The notes under the pieces: model-generated | What the model saw: only the letters and a program-made list of their open reading frames with translations | Told to the model about the DNA's origin: nothing | Database searches by the model: none | Made by a program: the position numbers and the translations under genes | Source: Balneolaceae bacterium | GTDB taxonomy: Bacteria; Bacteroidota; Rhodothermia; Balneolales; Balneolaceae | Length of the DNA stretch: 55,145 nucleotides | Assembly: GCA_007132385.1 (NCBI GenBank) | Contig: SLOU01000023.1 | Location: 1 to 55,145, forward strand | Reading direction: 5' to 3' | Shown: one piece after another, positions 36,553-46,901 of the stretch | Numbering within the stretch: position 1 is the stretch's first letter | How the letters are laid out: each line of letters opens with the position of its first letter

Positions 36553-38673
36553 TTAACTTATCGATTCAGCCTTAAATAAACGAGCTACAATTGACTCCGT
36601 CAACAATAAAATAAAAGCACCAATAATAAACCAAAACCAAATTTCACGTCCATAGCCGGCGGCCTGCATCTGTTCTGCTATTTCGGATTCGTTTCCAATG
36701 ATGCGATTCACGGTTGCTGACCTGAACTGGCGCTCTAAAAAATCTTTGAGTTCCTGGTTACTTAACGCACGCAGATCTGACTCCATTGTGTGCTGGTTTA
36801 CAGCAACCGGAATTTTATTTCCATCAACCACAAGTGTGACAAACCCGGGAGTCCACTCTTTTGCTTCATCCCGGATCTCGATTCCCTGGAAACCGGATCT
36901 TCGCTCCGGAACAACCTCATGTTCACCAACCTCTATAGCTATTTGCTCGGGGCTTCCAGGAAGTTGAAACTCGAATGAATCCCCGAGTTGATGCTGTAAA
37001 AGCCCTCCACGCTCACTTGTCGCCAGATAGAGTACCGAACGGTAAAACAGAGGTGCGAATACCGGTTTGATCGGAAAATTGGACCAGCCGGGATCTGCGC
37101 CGATGGATGAGATCATCATTAGCCCTTCACCAAATGCCCGTTCTACCAAAATCGGGCTTCCCTGTTCCGATGTAAGTAACCGGTAACTGCTGCTTCCCCC
37201 GTTTAATTCCAATTCCAGTTTATAGAATATCTCCGGAAGATTGACCCTGATTTCTTCATCCCCGGTTCTATCAAAAAGGTTTTCGAGGATCGGATGGCCA
37301 TCCTGGAGTCTTGCCAGGCGGTCGATAGTATTAAATGATCCGTAACTTCCTTCTATGTTGACGAACCGGCCGGCATTGACCCGTTCGAAAAACCGGTTAT
37401 AGGACTGCAAATCTCCTTGCGCCGAAGGCAAAAACAACAACCCGCCACCAATCTGGATATAACTGACAAGATCGTCAAGTGCATGTGCGGGAATGCGGTC
37501 AATCCCGTCAAGAATAATGGCATCCGGTGGATCTCCTCCACCCATAAAATCCTCATCCCAGGAAAAAGTCTCTACTTCAAGCAGTTCGTTCGCAGCAAGT
37601 GCTGCATCCAGAACCGGTGTCAGATACGATGCAAATGTAACTCCTGCTGATGGTTCTTCCCGGATGACTGCAATTCTACGACGGTCGGGAATACGAATTG
37701 AAAAATGATACCGGTTATCAAATGTCAGTTCGTCACCTTCAAGTAAAAACAAACCCGTAATGAAATCATCCCCCGACGGTATGATCTCAAACTCATAGGT
37801 TGAACGCTGTCCCCCTTCCAGGTCGATCCGGTGTTGGGCAGCCATTTCACCGCCCGACTCCAGGCTTAAAAAATGATTTTGTATTGCACTATTGCCATAG
37901 TTTTCTACCTGCACTGAGGCCTGAATGGGCTGATCACTGCTGATCACATCCGACTGCAATTCCATTCCGGTTATAGCCACATTCGGCTGTACATCTTCTC
38001 CCACTTTATAGGTATGAATCGCCATCTCCTCTGCGATCTCACTTAACGATTCCTCTTGTTTGCGTTCGTACTGGGTTGCCTGCCCATCGGTTATCAGGTA
38101 GAGGCGTTTTACCGGCTGGGGCGTTTGATTCAGCCGGTTAATCAGTAAATCCAAATTTTCCATCAAAAAATTACCCCTGTTTACCGTCTCAATATCATTG
38201 AGCTGTGAAAGAACCCCTCCGCGCGGCAGAGCCGGCAGGTCGAGCAACGGGCCATGGGAGACTTCCAGGATAATTCGATCCTCATTTTTACTATTCTCAA
38301 TAATTCCTTCTGCAATACGTTTAGCTTGATCAAGGAAGGGGCCATTTCGGTCTACCTGGTCCATGCCGGGGCTGTTATCGATTAAAATACCCACAGCAGC
38401 CGGTTGTCCCTGGTCCGAGACCCCTCCAAATTCTGATGGAATAAACGGACGCGCGAGTGCAAAACACAGCAGCAGAATTGCTGCCATACGAATCAGCAAC
38501 AACAGCCATTTTTTAATTTTGATACGTCTCAGGGTATTGGCTTTTAACGAATCAAAAAAAACAAGAGTCGAAAACCGTATCTTTTTGGGCCTTCTCAGGT
38601 TAATAAGATGGATCAAAAGCGGAATGGCTATGGCCAGAAGCCCGATCAACAGAAATGGATTCAGGAAACTCAT
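36553..38673 (-). CDS. BatA-N (aerotolerance-type double-TM) domain protein with a vWA-like and a GATase1-like region and a C-terminal TM
   Basis: 706 aa. The N-terminus MSFLNPFLLIGLLAIAIPLLIHLINLRRPKKIRFSTLVFF is the classic BatA_N motif. The vWA-like start is VGILIDNSPGMD, and there is a C-terminal helix IWFWFIIGAFILLL. Confidence 0.75.
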   Translation of the reverse strand: MSFLNPFLLIGLLAIAIPLLIHLINLRRPKKIRFSTLVFFDSLKANTLRRIKIKKWLLLLIRMAAILLLCFALARPFIPSEFGGVSDQGQPAAVGILIDNSPGMDQVDRNGPFLDQAKRIAEGIIENSKNEDRIILEVSHGPLLDLPALPRGGVLSQLNDIETVNRGNFLMENLDLLINRLNQTPQPVKRLYLITDGQATQYERKQEESLSEIAEEMAIHTYKVGEDVQPNVAITGMELQSDVISSDQPIQASVQVENYGNSAIQNHFLSLESGGEMAAQHRIDLEGGQRSTYEFEIIPSGDDFITGLFLLEGDELTFDNRYHFSIRIPDRRRIAVIREEPSAGVTFASYLTPVLDAALAANELLEVETFSWDEDFMGGGDPPDAIILDGIDRIPAHALDDLVSYIQIGGGLLFLPSAQGDLQSYNRFFERVNAGRFVNIEGSYGSFNTIDRLARLQDGHPILENLFDRTGDEEIRVNLPEIFYKLELELNGGSSSYRLLTSEQGSPILVERAFGEGLMMISSIGADPGWSNFPIKPVFAPLFYRSVLYLATSERGGLLQHQLGDSFEFQLPGSPEQIAIEVGEHEVVPERRSGFQGIEIRDEAKEWTPGFVTLVVDGNKIPVAVNQHTMESDLRALSNQELKDFLERQFRSATVNRIIGNESEIAEQMQAAGYGREIWFWFIIGAFILLLTESIVARLFKAESIS

Positions 38674-38804
38674 TTTATCCTACAGGATTCTCGTTATTTG
38701 CTTCATCAGCTTTGGAACAAAATTTATTATCTTTACTAAATAAGCTATGGCTATAACCTTACGTTTTCAAACTTATTATATGGATCGATTCCAATTTTCC
38801 TTTT

Positions 38805-41468
38805 ATGCGTAAATGGATTGCACTTATTGCCATTACAGGGTTTATCCTGTCTTCCTGCGGCAAATCAGAACCTTCAGGCTGGAACGAACTGATACCGGCA
38901 CAGGCCCCCTTTCTGATCATTGCTGAAGAGAACAGTACACTTAACGAAATGTTAAATGCCCCTTATATCCCGCTTTTTGAGGATATTAGCACTTCAGCCA
39001 TTCAAGTCACAGGTCAATTGCTTGAACACTCCGAAGTTGAGATTCCCCTCCATGCCATTCTGATCTATCCTGATACTGCCAACGATTGGCAGCCGGTTTG
39101 GATTACCGGGAAAGTAGACGGATTGACCGGACTGCTTACCAACCATTTTCAGCGGCCTTTTACCCAAAACAGGTACCATTTTCATAATTACACCATCGAC
39201 AAGCTTTTTATAGAAAACCGGGTATTCTATATCACTGATCTGGGCTCTTACACACTGGTTAGTGAATCCAGCATGGCTATTGAAGCAATGATTCGTGCTT
39301 TAAACGGGCAGGTTCCCCGCCTGGAACTTACTCAGGATCAGAAGGAACCGGGGTCTTTTGTTTTCAACATGCCTAATATGGAACGATGGGTCGAACAAGT
39401 GGCCCAGGTTTCTTATCGCCCCGAACTGATAGGATCGTTTGAAGGAAGCTCTCCGCTGGCGATGGCCATGCAGGAAAACAACCCGGACGAATCGGTCATC
39501 TGGAGTATGGCCGGGCAAATGTTAACCGCAGAAGATTCCTCTCCCCTGATTCGTAGCATATCGGCACCATCTCGCAATTTACAACTCGACCGGTATATTT
39601 CCGCTAACAGTGCGGCTTTTTCTATCTTCCAAATGGAACCCCGCATGGTACCGCCCCAGGGAGATGATCCTCTGAGTGAACTCGATCAATACCTGTCGGA
39701 AAACACGGATATCTATCGCGAGCTTGCTTCTGCCCTTACTTCCGAAACTGCTTTTGCTGCTTTTGCCGAATCGGGGTTCATGTCTTCCAGTGAATTTATG
39801 TTATTGCGCGGAGTAGAAGATCCTGGGCAATTCCGGAGGATTATAGAAAACCTTGCATCCGAGGATCTTCTGCAAAAGGATGATGATACATATATGGTTC
39901 ACAGCCCCTGGCTGGGAAATCTGATCGGCTCGGACTTGTCGACAATGACCAATTTCTGGCTTGGAATTCATGGTAATGCGATTGCAATATCGAGAAGCAA
40001 GGGCCTGGTCGAAGCAGTTGGGACCGATTTCAACCGACGGCAGGTGATCTATTATGAAGACCATTATATCGATATTCGTGAAAGCCTTCCGTCCGAAGTG
40101 AGTTCTTTTACCTATGTCGATACACCTGTCTTCAACAGCTATATACAACCCTGGCTCCACCCTCAAAACTATTTTGGAGCGCTGAGTTCAAACCTGGAAT
40201 TGTTCACCATAACAACATCCAGGGCCAGCGAATCGGATCCGCTGGATGTCATTATTTCCAGCCGGGAACGTGAAACTACAGATGTTCCCTACAGGGAGCG
40301 ATGGATCTATCCACTTGCATCCGAGACTACCGGTCCTGCGGTGTTAGCTGACATCTCCGGGAACAGCCGAAATGAACTGGTATTTGCTGCAGAAAACAGT
40401 ACCGTTTATGTGCTTTCAGCGGACGGCTCTGTTGTAACGCAGGCTTCTACCAATGGCGATACACCGCTCGGTTCTCCTGTCGTTTACGACTGGTACGGCA
40501 ACAATCAGAATGTGATCATGCAAGTGGCCGGTAACAAGATCTACGCCTGGAATGAAGCCGGAACCCCGCTGCCCAACTTTCCCATACAACTCAGCGAAGT
40601 GATCACCACACCCTTGCAGGTAGAAGATGTCACACGCAACGGCGTCGCTGAAATTATTGTAGCTACTGCCGACCGTAACGTACATATTCTCGATTCCAGG
40701 GGTGAAAATATCTCCGGCTGGCCACAAACTGCCAACAGTGTGATCAGTGCAAAACCCGTTATAACTCCACTGGATGAACAACGTTCTTTGTTTGCATTTG
40801 CCGAAAACGGCCTTCACAGCTGGGATATCAACGGTGAACGAAGGCAAGGTTTTCCAATCTTTATTGAATCCCGCTTTAACGGTTCACCCTATATCCATGA
40901 CAACTACATATTCGGGTCCGCCTCCAACGGAAATCTGTACGTAACCGGTACCAGGGAGCTTTTTGCCGATACGCTGGCTGCATCCACCTCCGGCGACTCC
41001 CTGATTACCCAATCTCTTAATATTTCCAATAGCAGCCTGAACACAACACCGGGTTTGTACAACGAGATGATTCGGGTCGACGAAGACCTGGTGCGTGAAG
41101 ATCTGATTCTACTGCAAAGCAGCAACGGTTCGGTTTTCCTGGTAAACACCGAAGGCCAGCTTCGGTTTTCCCAAAATATGGGTCAGCCGGGCTCCGAGGA
41201 TTTCTCGCCTGTCATTACAGATCTGAACAGTAATAATCGAAGAGACATCGTCGCTCTCGCCGATTTTGGGCGTCTTTACGCCTGGGATCTGATATCCGGG
41301 AACAGAATCTACGACCTGCCGACAAGCGGGATGCGCTACCCCCTGCTCTCCGATCTGAATAACGACGGCAACAATGAAATACTGGCTTATACACGTGACG
41401 GTTTCCGGATCTGGACAATTTTTCGAAGTGACAGAAGTGATTTTGAACTGCAACAGGTTTCGGACTGA
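38805..41468 (+). CDS. Large lipoprotein with a C-terminal FG-GAP/VCBS-like beta-propeller repeat region
   Basis: 887 aa with lipobox FILSSCG. Blade-like motifs repeat in the C-terminal half (DISGNSRNELVFAA, DVTRNGVAEIIVATADRNVHILD, DLNSNNRRDIVALADFGRLYAWD, DLNNDGNNEILAY). Confidence 0.65.
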   Translation: MRKWIALIAITGFILSSCGKSEPSGWNELIPAQAPFLIIAEENSTLNEMLNAPYIPLFEDISTSAIQVTGQLLEHSEVEIPLHAILIYPDTANDWQPVWITGKVDGLTGLLTNHFQRPFTQNRYHFHNYTIDKLFIENRVFYITDLGSYTLVSESSMAIEAMIRALNGQVPRLELTQDQKEPGSFVFNMPNMERWVEQVAQVSYRPELIGSFEGSSPLAMAMQENNPDESVIWSMAGQMLTAEDSSPLIRSISAPSRNLQLDRYISANSAAFSIFQMEPRMVPPQGDDPLSELDQYLSENTDIYRELASALTSETAFAAFAESGFMSSSEFMLLRGVEDPGQFRRIIENLASEDLLQKDDDTYMVHSPWLGNLIGSDLSTMTNFWLGIHGNAIAISRSKGLVEAVGTDFNRRQVIYYEDHYIDIRESLPSEVSSFTYVDTPVFNSYIQPWLHPQNYFGALSSNLELFTITTSRASESDPLDVIISSRERETTDVPYRERWIYPLASETTGPAVLADISGNSRNELVFAAENSTVYVLSADGSVVTQASTNGDTPLGSPVVYDWYGNNQNVIMQVAGNKIYAWNEAGTPLPNFPIQLSEVITTPLQVEDVTRNGVAEIIVATADRNVHILDSRGENISGWPQTANSVISAKPVITPLDEQRSLFAFAENGLHSWDINGERRQGFPIFIESRFNGSPYIHDNYIFGSASNGNLYVTGTRELFADTLAASTSGDSLITQSLNISNSSLNTTPGLYNEMIRVDEDLVREDLILLQSSNGSVFLVNTEGQLRFSQNMGQPGSEDFSPVITDLNSNNRRDIVALADFGRLYAWDLISGNRIYDLPTSGMRYPLLSDLNNDGNNEILAYTRDGFRIWTIFRSDRSDFELQQVSD

Positions 41469-41610
41469 TTTTATAATCTTTGAAAAGATTTAAGTTAATC
41501 TGGCGCAATCTACCCAATGGTTATTACACCACCGGTTACAAAATCAATACATTTTATTTGTCAGATGGAATACGATTTTAACCGCTTTTGGATATTACGT
41601 TTCCTACTTC

Positions 41611-44600
41611 TTAAGGTGTGTAATTGAGAATCGGGGCCAGCCAGCGTTCTGTTTCCTTAAGCCCCATACCTTTCCTTTTAGCATAGTCCTCCACCTGGTC
41701 CCTGCCAATTGTACCCACATTAAAATACTCAGCTGCCGGGTTAGCTAAATACAATCCGCTTACCGAAGCGGCCGGATTCATCGCATAGTGTTCAGTCAAT
41801 GTAATTCCGGTACGTTTTTCGGTTTCCAGTAAATCGAAAAGGGTACGTTTTTCGGTATGATCCGGTTGAGCCGGATAGCCAGGCGCAGGACGAATACCCC
41901 TGTATTTTTCCCGGATTAACTCTTCGTTTGTGAAATCTTCATCCGGGGCATATCCCCAGATCTCTTTTCGTATCTTTTCGTGCAGAAATTCAGCGAATGC
42001 TTCTGCCAAACGGTCGGCCAGTGCCTTTGTCATGATCGCCTGATAGTCATCAAGATTTTTCTCAAATCTCGATACAAGTTCATTCGAACCGATTCCGGTT
42101 GTTACCGCAAACCCTCCGATATAATCGGCAATCCCGGTTTCTTTCGGTGCAATATAATCGGCAAGCGCCTTATTCGGTTGTCCGCGTCTTTTTTGAGTCT
42201 GTTGACGAATCGTATGCAATACAGCTGAAACATTATCCCTGTCTTCATTTTTGTAAACTTCTATATCATCACCAACAGCATTTGCCGGAAAAATTCCATA
42301 GACCGCTTTGGCTTTCAGCAGTTTTTCTTCGATGATCCGGTCCAGCAGCCGGTTTGCATCGTCAAATAACTTCTTAGCCTCTGTTCCATATTTTTTATCC
42401 TCCAGGATAGCCGGGTATTTACCTTTCATCTCCCAGGCTATGAAAAATGGAGACCAGTCGATGTATTTTTTTAAACTATCAAGTGGCATATCCCCGATCG
42501 AACCAATGCCCGTTTCCAGCGGTTTCGGAATATCTTCTTGAAGCCATTCAATATCCGTGCGATTTTTTTGGGCTTTTTCGATCGTCAGGGTCTTTTTTCT
42601 TTTTTGACGATTGGCAAACTGTTCCCTGAGTTTTACATACTCTTCCTTCACCTCGTTCACAAATTGCTCTTTCCGGCCGTTGCCAACGAGCTTGCTCACC
42701 ACAGTCACACTACGTGACGCATCCAAAACATGAATCACAGGGTTCTCGTATTGTGGTGCAATTTTAACTGCCGTGTGTATCCTTGAGGTTGTTGCTCCTC
42801 CGATCAGAAGGGGGGTTTCAAATTTTTGCCGTTTCATCTCATTCGCCACATGCACCATTTCATCCAGTGAAGGGGTAATCAGCCCGCTCAAACCGATGAT
42901 ATCTGCTTTTACTTTTTTCGCTTCCATAAGGATTTTGTCGGCCGGTACCATCACACCGAGATCGACAACTTCAAAATTATTGCAACGCAGGACAACAGAT
43001 ACGATATTTTTACCGATATCGTGGACATCCCCTTTTACCGTAGCTATGAGTACTTTGGCTTTCGGTTTTTGATCGTTGTTTTTTTCTTTCTCCTTCTCAA
43101 TAAAAGGTATCAGGTGAGCCACACCTTTTTTCATGACCCTTGCACTTTTTACCACCTGCGGGAGGAACATTTTACCGCTGCCAAACAGGTCGCCCACAAC
43201 ATTCATACCGTCCATCATAGGCCCTTCGATCACCTCAATCGGCCGGTCATACATTTGCCGGGCTTCTTCCACGTCATCTACAATGTGGTCTACGATGCCT
43301 TTAACCAGTGCATGCCTGATCCGCTCTTTTACCGGGTTGTCCCGCCAGCTTTCCTCTTTCTCCTTGATCTTTTCACTGTCATCCGTTTTCAGCTTTTCGG
43401 CGAAGTCGATCAGGCGTTCGGTTGCATCCTCCCTCCTGTTTAGTAAAACATCCTCGACAAGTTCACGCAGTTTCTCCGGTATTTCTTCGTAGACTTCAAG
43501 CTGGCCTGCATTCACAATTGCCATGTCGAGCCCGGCCTTGATAGCGTGGTATAAAAATGCGGAATGCATCGCTTCCCTGACCCGGTTATTACCCCGGAAA
43601 GAAAACGAGATATTACTGAGGCCTCCACTCACTTTGGCATGCGGCAGATTTTTCTTGATCCAGCGGGTTGCTTCTATAAAATCGACTGCATAGTTCCTGT
43701 GTTCATCCATACCGGTAGCCACCGTAAGGATATTGGGATCAAAAATAATATCCTGAGGCTTGAAACCAACCTCTTCAGTCAGAATCCTGTAGGCCCTGCT
43801 GCAGATTTCGATTCTGCGCTCAATGTTATCGGCCTGCCCGTCTTCATCGAAAGCCATTACAATCACGGCAGCCCCGTAATCCAGGATTTTTCGCGCCTGT
43901 TCCCTGAAGACTTCTTCACCTTCCTTCAGGCTAATCGAATTCACGACTCCTTTTCCCTGTATGGTTTTAAGTCCGGTTTCCAGGACCGTCCATTTTGAAG
44001 AATCGAGCACCACAGGTACACGGGAGATATCCGGCTCGGACGCCATCAACTTCAAAAACGTTTCCATCACCTCTTCCGATTCGAGCATCCCTTCGTCCAT
44101 ATTGACGTCAACCATCTGGGCTCCGTTCTCCACCTGCTGACGAGCCACAGAGAGACCCTCTTCATACTCTTCATTTTTAATTAGATTCTTGAATACACTG
44201 GACCCGGTCACATTTGTCCGTTCTCCTATATTTACAAAATTGGTTTCCGGCCGTACTACAAGTGGTTCAAGACCGCTCAACCGGAGGTATGGCTGAAGAT
44301 CCGCGATTTGCCGGGGTTTATGATTGCGTGCTTCTTCTGCGATTGCATAAATATGGTCTGGTGTAGTCCCGCAACAACCTCCAACGATATTTACCATTCC
44401 TTCCTTTGCATAATCTGCAAATTGTCCGGCCATAAAATCGGGCGTCTCGTTATACTCGCCCATCTCATCTGGAAGCCCCGCATTTGGATAGAGACTGGTG
44501 TTGCAATCCGCAATTTTAGAGAGCTCGCTGATATATGGGCGCATTTGATCGGAACCGAGCGAACAGTTCAGGCCAACACTCAGCAGTGGATTTGCATGGC

Positions 44601-45303
44601 TGATTGATATCCAGAACGCTTCCGTTGTCTGACCGGAAAGTGTCCGGCCGCTTTGATCAACAATAGTTCCGGAAATCATGATCGGAAGTTTTTTTCCCGA
44701 TTTTCGGGCATGCTGATGAATAGCGTAGATCGCTGCCTTGGCATTTAGCGTATCAAAAATAGTTTCAACCAATAAAAAATCAGTCCCGCCGTCAACCAGT
44801 CCACGAATTTGAACGGTATACGCCTCCACAAGTTCTTCAAATGAAATTGCCCGGTACCCCGGATCCTCCACATCGGGAGAAAGAGACAGTGTTTTATTGG
44901 TCGGGCCGACAGCACCTGCAACAAACCGGGGCTTGTCCGGGTCTTTGCGAGTCCAGGTGTCGGCCGCTTCTCTCGCAGTTTTGGCCGCGGCGATATTGAT
45001 ATCGTACGCTTTGTCAGAAAGATGATAATCCTCCTGGGAGATCGGATTGGAATTGAATGTGTTTGTTTCAATGATATCCGCACCGGATTTCAGGAATTCC
45101 TCATGAATTTCACGAATAATATCCGGTTTTGTCATACACAAAAGGTCGTTGTTGCCTTTCAGTTCGTGATCAAAATCCCTGAAAATATCCCCTCTGAAGT
45201 CTTCTTCAGACAGTTTATAGTCCTGAATCATCGTTCCCATTGCGCCATCGAGAACCAGAATCCGATCTTTTAATTCCTTAAAAACGGGATGATCAAGTTT
45301 CAT
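41611..45303 (-). CDS. metH: Cobalamin-dependent methionine synthase
   Basis: 1230 aa with all modules: Hcy-binding ([18 protein letters not shown]), pterin-binding, B12-binding ([13 protein letters not shown]) and the AdoMet activation domain. Confidence 0.96.
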   Translation of the reverse strand: MKLDHPVFKELKDRILVLDGAMGTMIQDYKLSEEDFRGDIFRDFDHELKGNNDLLCMTKPDIIREIHEEFLKSGADIIETNTFNSNPISQEDYHLSDKAYDINIAAAKTAREAADTWTRKDPDKPRFVAGAVGPTNKTLSLSPDVEDPGYRAISFEELVEAYTVQIRGLVDGGTDFLLVETIFDTLNAKAAIYAIHQHARKSGKKLPIMISGTIVDQSGRTLSGQTTEAFWISISHANPLLSVGLNCSLGSDQMRPYISELSKIADCNTSLYPNAGLPDEMGEYNETPDFMAGQFADYAKEGMVNIVGGCCGTTPDHIYAIAEEARNHKPRQIADLQPYLRLSGLEPLVVRPETNFVNIGERTNVTGSSVFKNLIKNEEYEEGLSVARQQVENGAQMVDVNMDEGMLESEEVMETFLKLMASEPDISRVPVVLDSSKWTVLETGLKTIQGKGVVNSISLKEGEEVFREQARKILDYGAAVIVMAFDEDGQADNIERRIEICSRAYRILTEEVGFKPQDIIFDPNILTVATGMDEHRNYAVDFIEATRWIKKNLPHAKVSGGLSNISFSFRGNNRVREAMHSAFLYHAIKAGLDMAIVNAGQLEVYEEIPEKLRELVEDVLLNRREDATERLIDFAEKLKTDDSEKIKEKEESWRDNPVKERIRHALVKGIVDHIVDDVEEARQMYDRPIEVIEGPMMDGMNVVGDLFGSGKMFLPQVVKSARVMKKGVAHLIPFIEKEKEKNNDQKPKAKVLIATVKGDVHDIGKNIVSVVLRCNNFEVVDLGVMVPADKILMEAKKVKADIIGLSGLITPSLDEMVHVANEMKRQKFETPLLIGGATTSRIHTAVKIAPQYENPVIHVLDASRSVTVVSKLVGNGRKEQFVNEVKEEYVKLREQFANRQKRKKTLTIEKAQKNRTDIEWLQEDIPKPLETGIGSIGDMPLDSLKKYIDWSPFFIAWEMKGKYPAILEDKKYGTEAKKLFDDANRLLDRIIEEKLLKAKAVYGIFPANAVGDDIEVYKNEDRDNVSAVLHTIRQQTQKRRGQPNKALADYIAPKETGIADYIGGFAVTTGIGSNELVSRFEKNLDDYQAIMTKALADRLAEAFAEFLHEKIRKEIWGYAPDEDFTNEELIREKYRGIRPAPGYPAQPDHTEKRTLFDLLETEKRTGITLTEHYAMNPAASVSGLYLANPAAEYFNVGTIGRDQVEDYAKRKGMGLKETERWLAPILNYTP

Positions 45304-45388
45304 GTATATTTTTGAAATTTTTGACTTAATTTATAGAGCTCAGTTATAATCGAGTACAAGTTAACGTTTAAGTTGCATAAAGTGCAGT

Positions 45389-46354
45389 ATGAAAGTTATA
45401 GAACATTACGAAAAAGCAACGGAACCTTTAATTTCGTTCGAGATCATCCCACCAAAACGGGGAAGATCCGTTAAACAGATATTTGATTCGATCGAAAAGC
45501 TGATGCCGGTGCATCCACCTTTTATCGATGTTACCTATCATGCTGCCGAATCCTATATCGAGGAACTACCTGATGGCACCGTAAAAAGACATATCAAACG
45601 GAAGCGTCCCGGTACCATCGGTTTGTGTGCTGCGATTCTCCATCGTTTCGGGGTTGATCCGGTTCCTCATCTGATTTGCGAGGGATTTACCAAAGAGGAA
45701 AGTGAAGATGCCCTCATTGAACTGAACTACCTTGGAATTGACAATGTCCTGGCTATCAGAGGGGATGATTCCGGTGTATCATACAATTTCCGCAAAAACG
45801 GTACCGTAAACAAGTTTGCCATCGACCTGGTAAAGCAGATTTCCAACATGAATCGCGGAATTTATATGGAGGATATTGCCAATGCGGATCCTACCGATTT
45901 TTGCATTGGAGTAGCCGGGTATCCTGAAAAGCATTTTGAAGCACCGAATCTCGACTGGGACATCCAGCGCCTGAAAGAAAAAGTAGTCGCAGGTGGTGAA
46001 TATGTAGTAACCCAGATGTTTTACGATAATTCAGCTTATATCAGATTTGTGGAAAAATGCCGTGAGGCAGGCATTCAGGTACCCATTGTACCCGGAATCA
46101 AGGTTCTGACTTCACATCGCCACCTGACTACGCTTCCAAAATATTTTCACCTTAACATTCCCGACCCTCTGACCGATGAGCTGCAGGCTGATCCGGATAA
46201 TGCCAAACAGATCGGTATCGAATGGTGTGCAAAACAGTGTACCGAACTTCTTGAGTACGGGGTTCCGGGAATTCACTTTTATGTGATGGGAGATCCGCAG
46301 CCGGCTCTCGATGTAATTGCAAAGATTCCGACCGGCCATAATATCAGGGTGTGA
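45389..46354 (+). CDS. metF: 5,10-methylenetetrahydrofolate reductase
   Basis: 321 aa: SFEIIPPKRG, VTYHAAE, LAIRGDD, TQMFYD. Divergent from metH. Confidence 0.88.
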   Translation: MKVIEHYEKATEPLISFEIIPPKRGRSVKQIFDSIEKLMPVHPPFIDVTYHAAESYIEELPDGTVKRHIKRKRPGTIGLCAAILHRFGVDPVPHLICEGFTKEESEDALIELNYLGIDNVLAIRGDDSGVSYNFRKNGTVNKFAIDLVKQISNMNRGIYMEDIANADPTDFCIGVAGYPEKHFEAPNLDWDIQRLKEKVVAGGEYVVTQMFYDNSAYIRFVEKCREAGIQVPIVPGIKVLTSHRHLTTLPKYFHLNIPDPLTDELQADPDNAKQIGIEWCAKQCTELLEYGVPGIHFYVMGDPQPALDVIAKIPTGHNIRV

Positions 46355-46456
46355 GCAATAACTTTCCGGATCATGAGCGAATCGGACAAATCGATTTCAT
46401 ACAAACTAATTCGTTGTATTGGTACGTTTACAGGATATCAATAAAAAATCAAGCTG

Positions 46457-46897
46457 ATGAAAAAATTATCCTTCATAGTACTTATTTTGTCCTTTTTTGC
46501 TTTGCAGGACCTTCTGGCACAGCAACAAGCCCAGATCAACCTGGCCGGATACAAACATGTGCCGCCGGTTAATTCGCCGGGGTCGGGTGTATTTACTGTA
46601 ACACTCAGTGCCGATACCCTTTATGTGGAAGGCAGGTTCGAAGATCTTCGCAGCGGGTATCGTGGTGCATCGATACATTACGGATCCGAAAGAGAAACCG
46701 GCAACCGGATTCACGGGCTTAGAATCGGAGAGCTTTCTGAAGATCGTCGAAATGGAACCTTCCAAAAAGAGAATAATTACATTGAGCTTCGTCCATCAAT
46801 TTTGCAGGCACTTCGGGATGGTAATCTTTACATCAGTATCGCAACGGAACGGAATCAACGCGGAGAAATTCGCGGGCAGATCCCGGCGATGCGGTGA
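46457..46897 (+). CDS. Secreted CHRD-domain protein
   Basis: 146 aa with a signal peptide (ILSFFALQDLLAQQ). CHRD-like pattern: SPGSGVFTVTL, ASIHYG, GNLYISIATERNQRGEIRGQI. Confidence 0.65.
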   Translation: MKKLSFIVLILSFFALQDLLAQQQAQINLAGYKHVPPVNSPGSGVFTVTLSADTLYVEGRFEDLRSGYRGASIHYGSERETGNRIHGLRIGELSEDRRNGTFQKENNYIELRPSILQALRDGNLYISIATERNQRGEIRGQIPAMR

Positions 46898-46901
46898 TAT
46901 A

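Noticed and set aside
45304-45388. Possible cobalamin or SAM riboswitch between divergent metH and metF
   Set aside because: The intergenic region is only 85 nt and AT-rich with no conserved riboswitch core (no B12 box), so it is too short for either aptamer plus two promoters.
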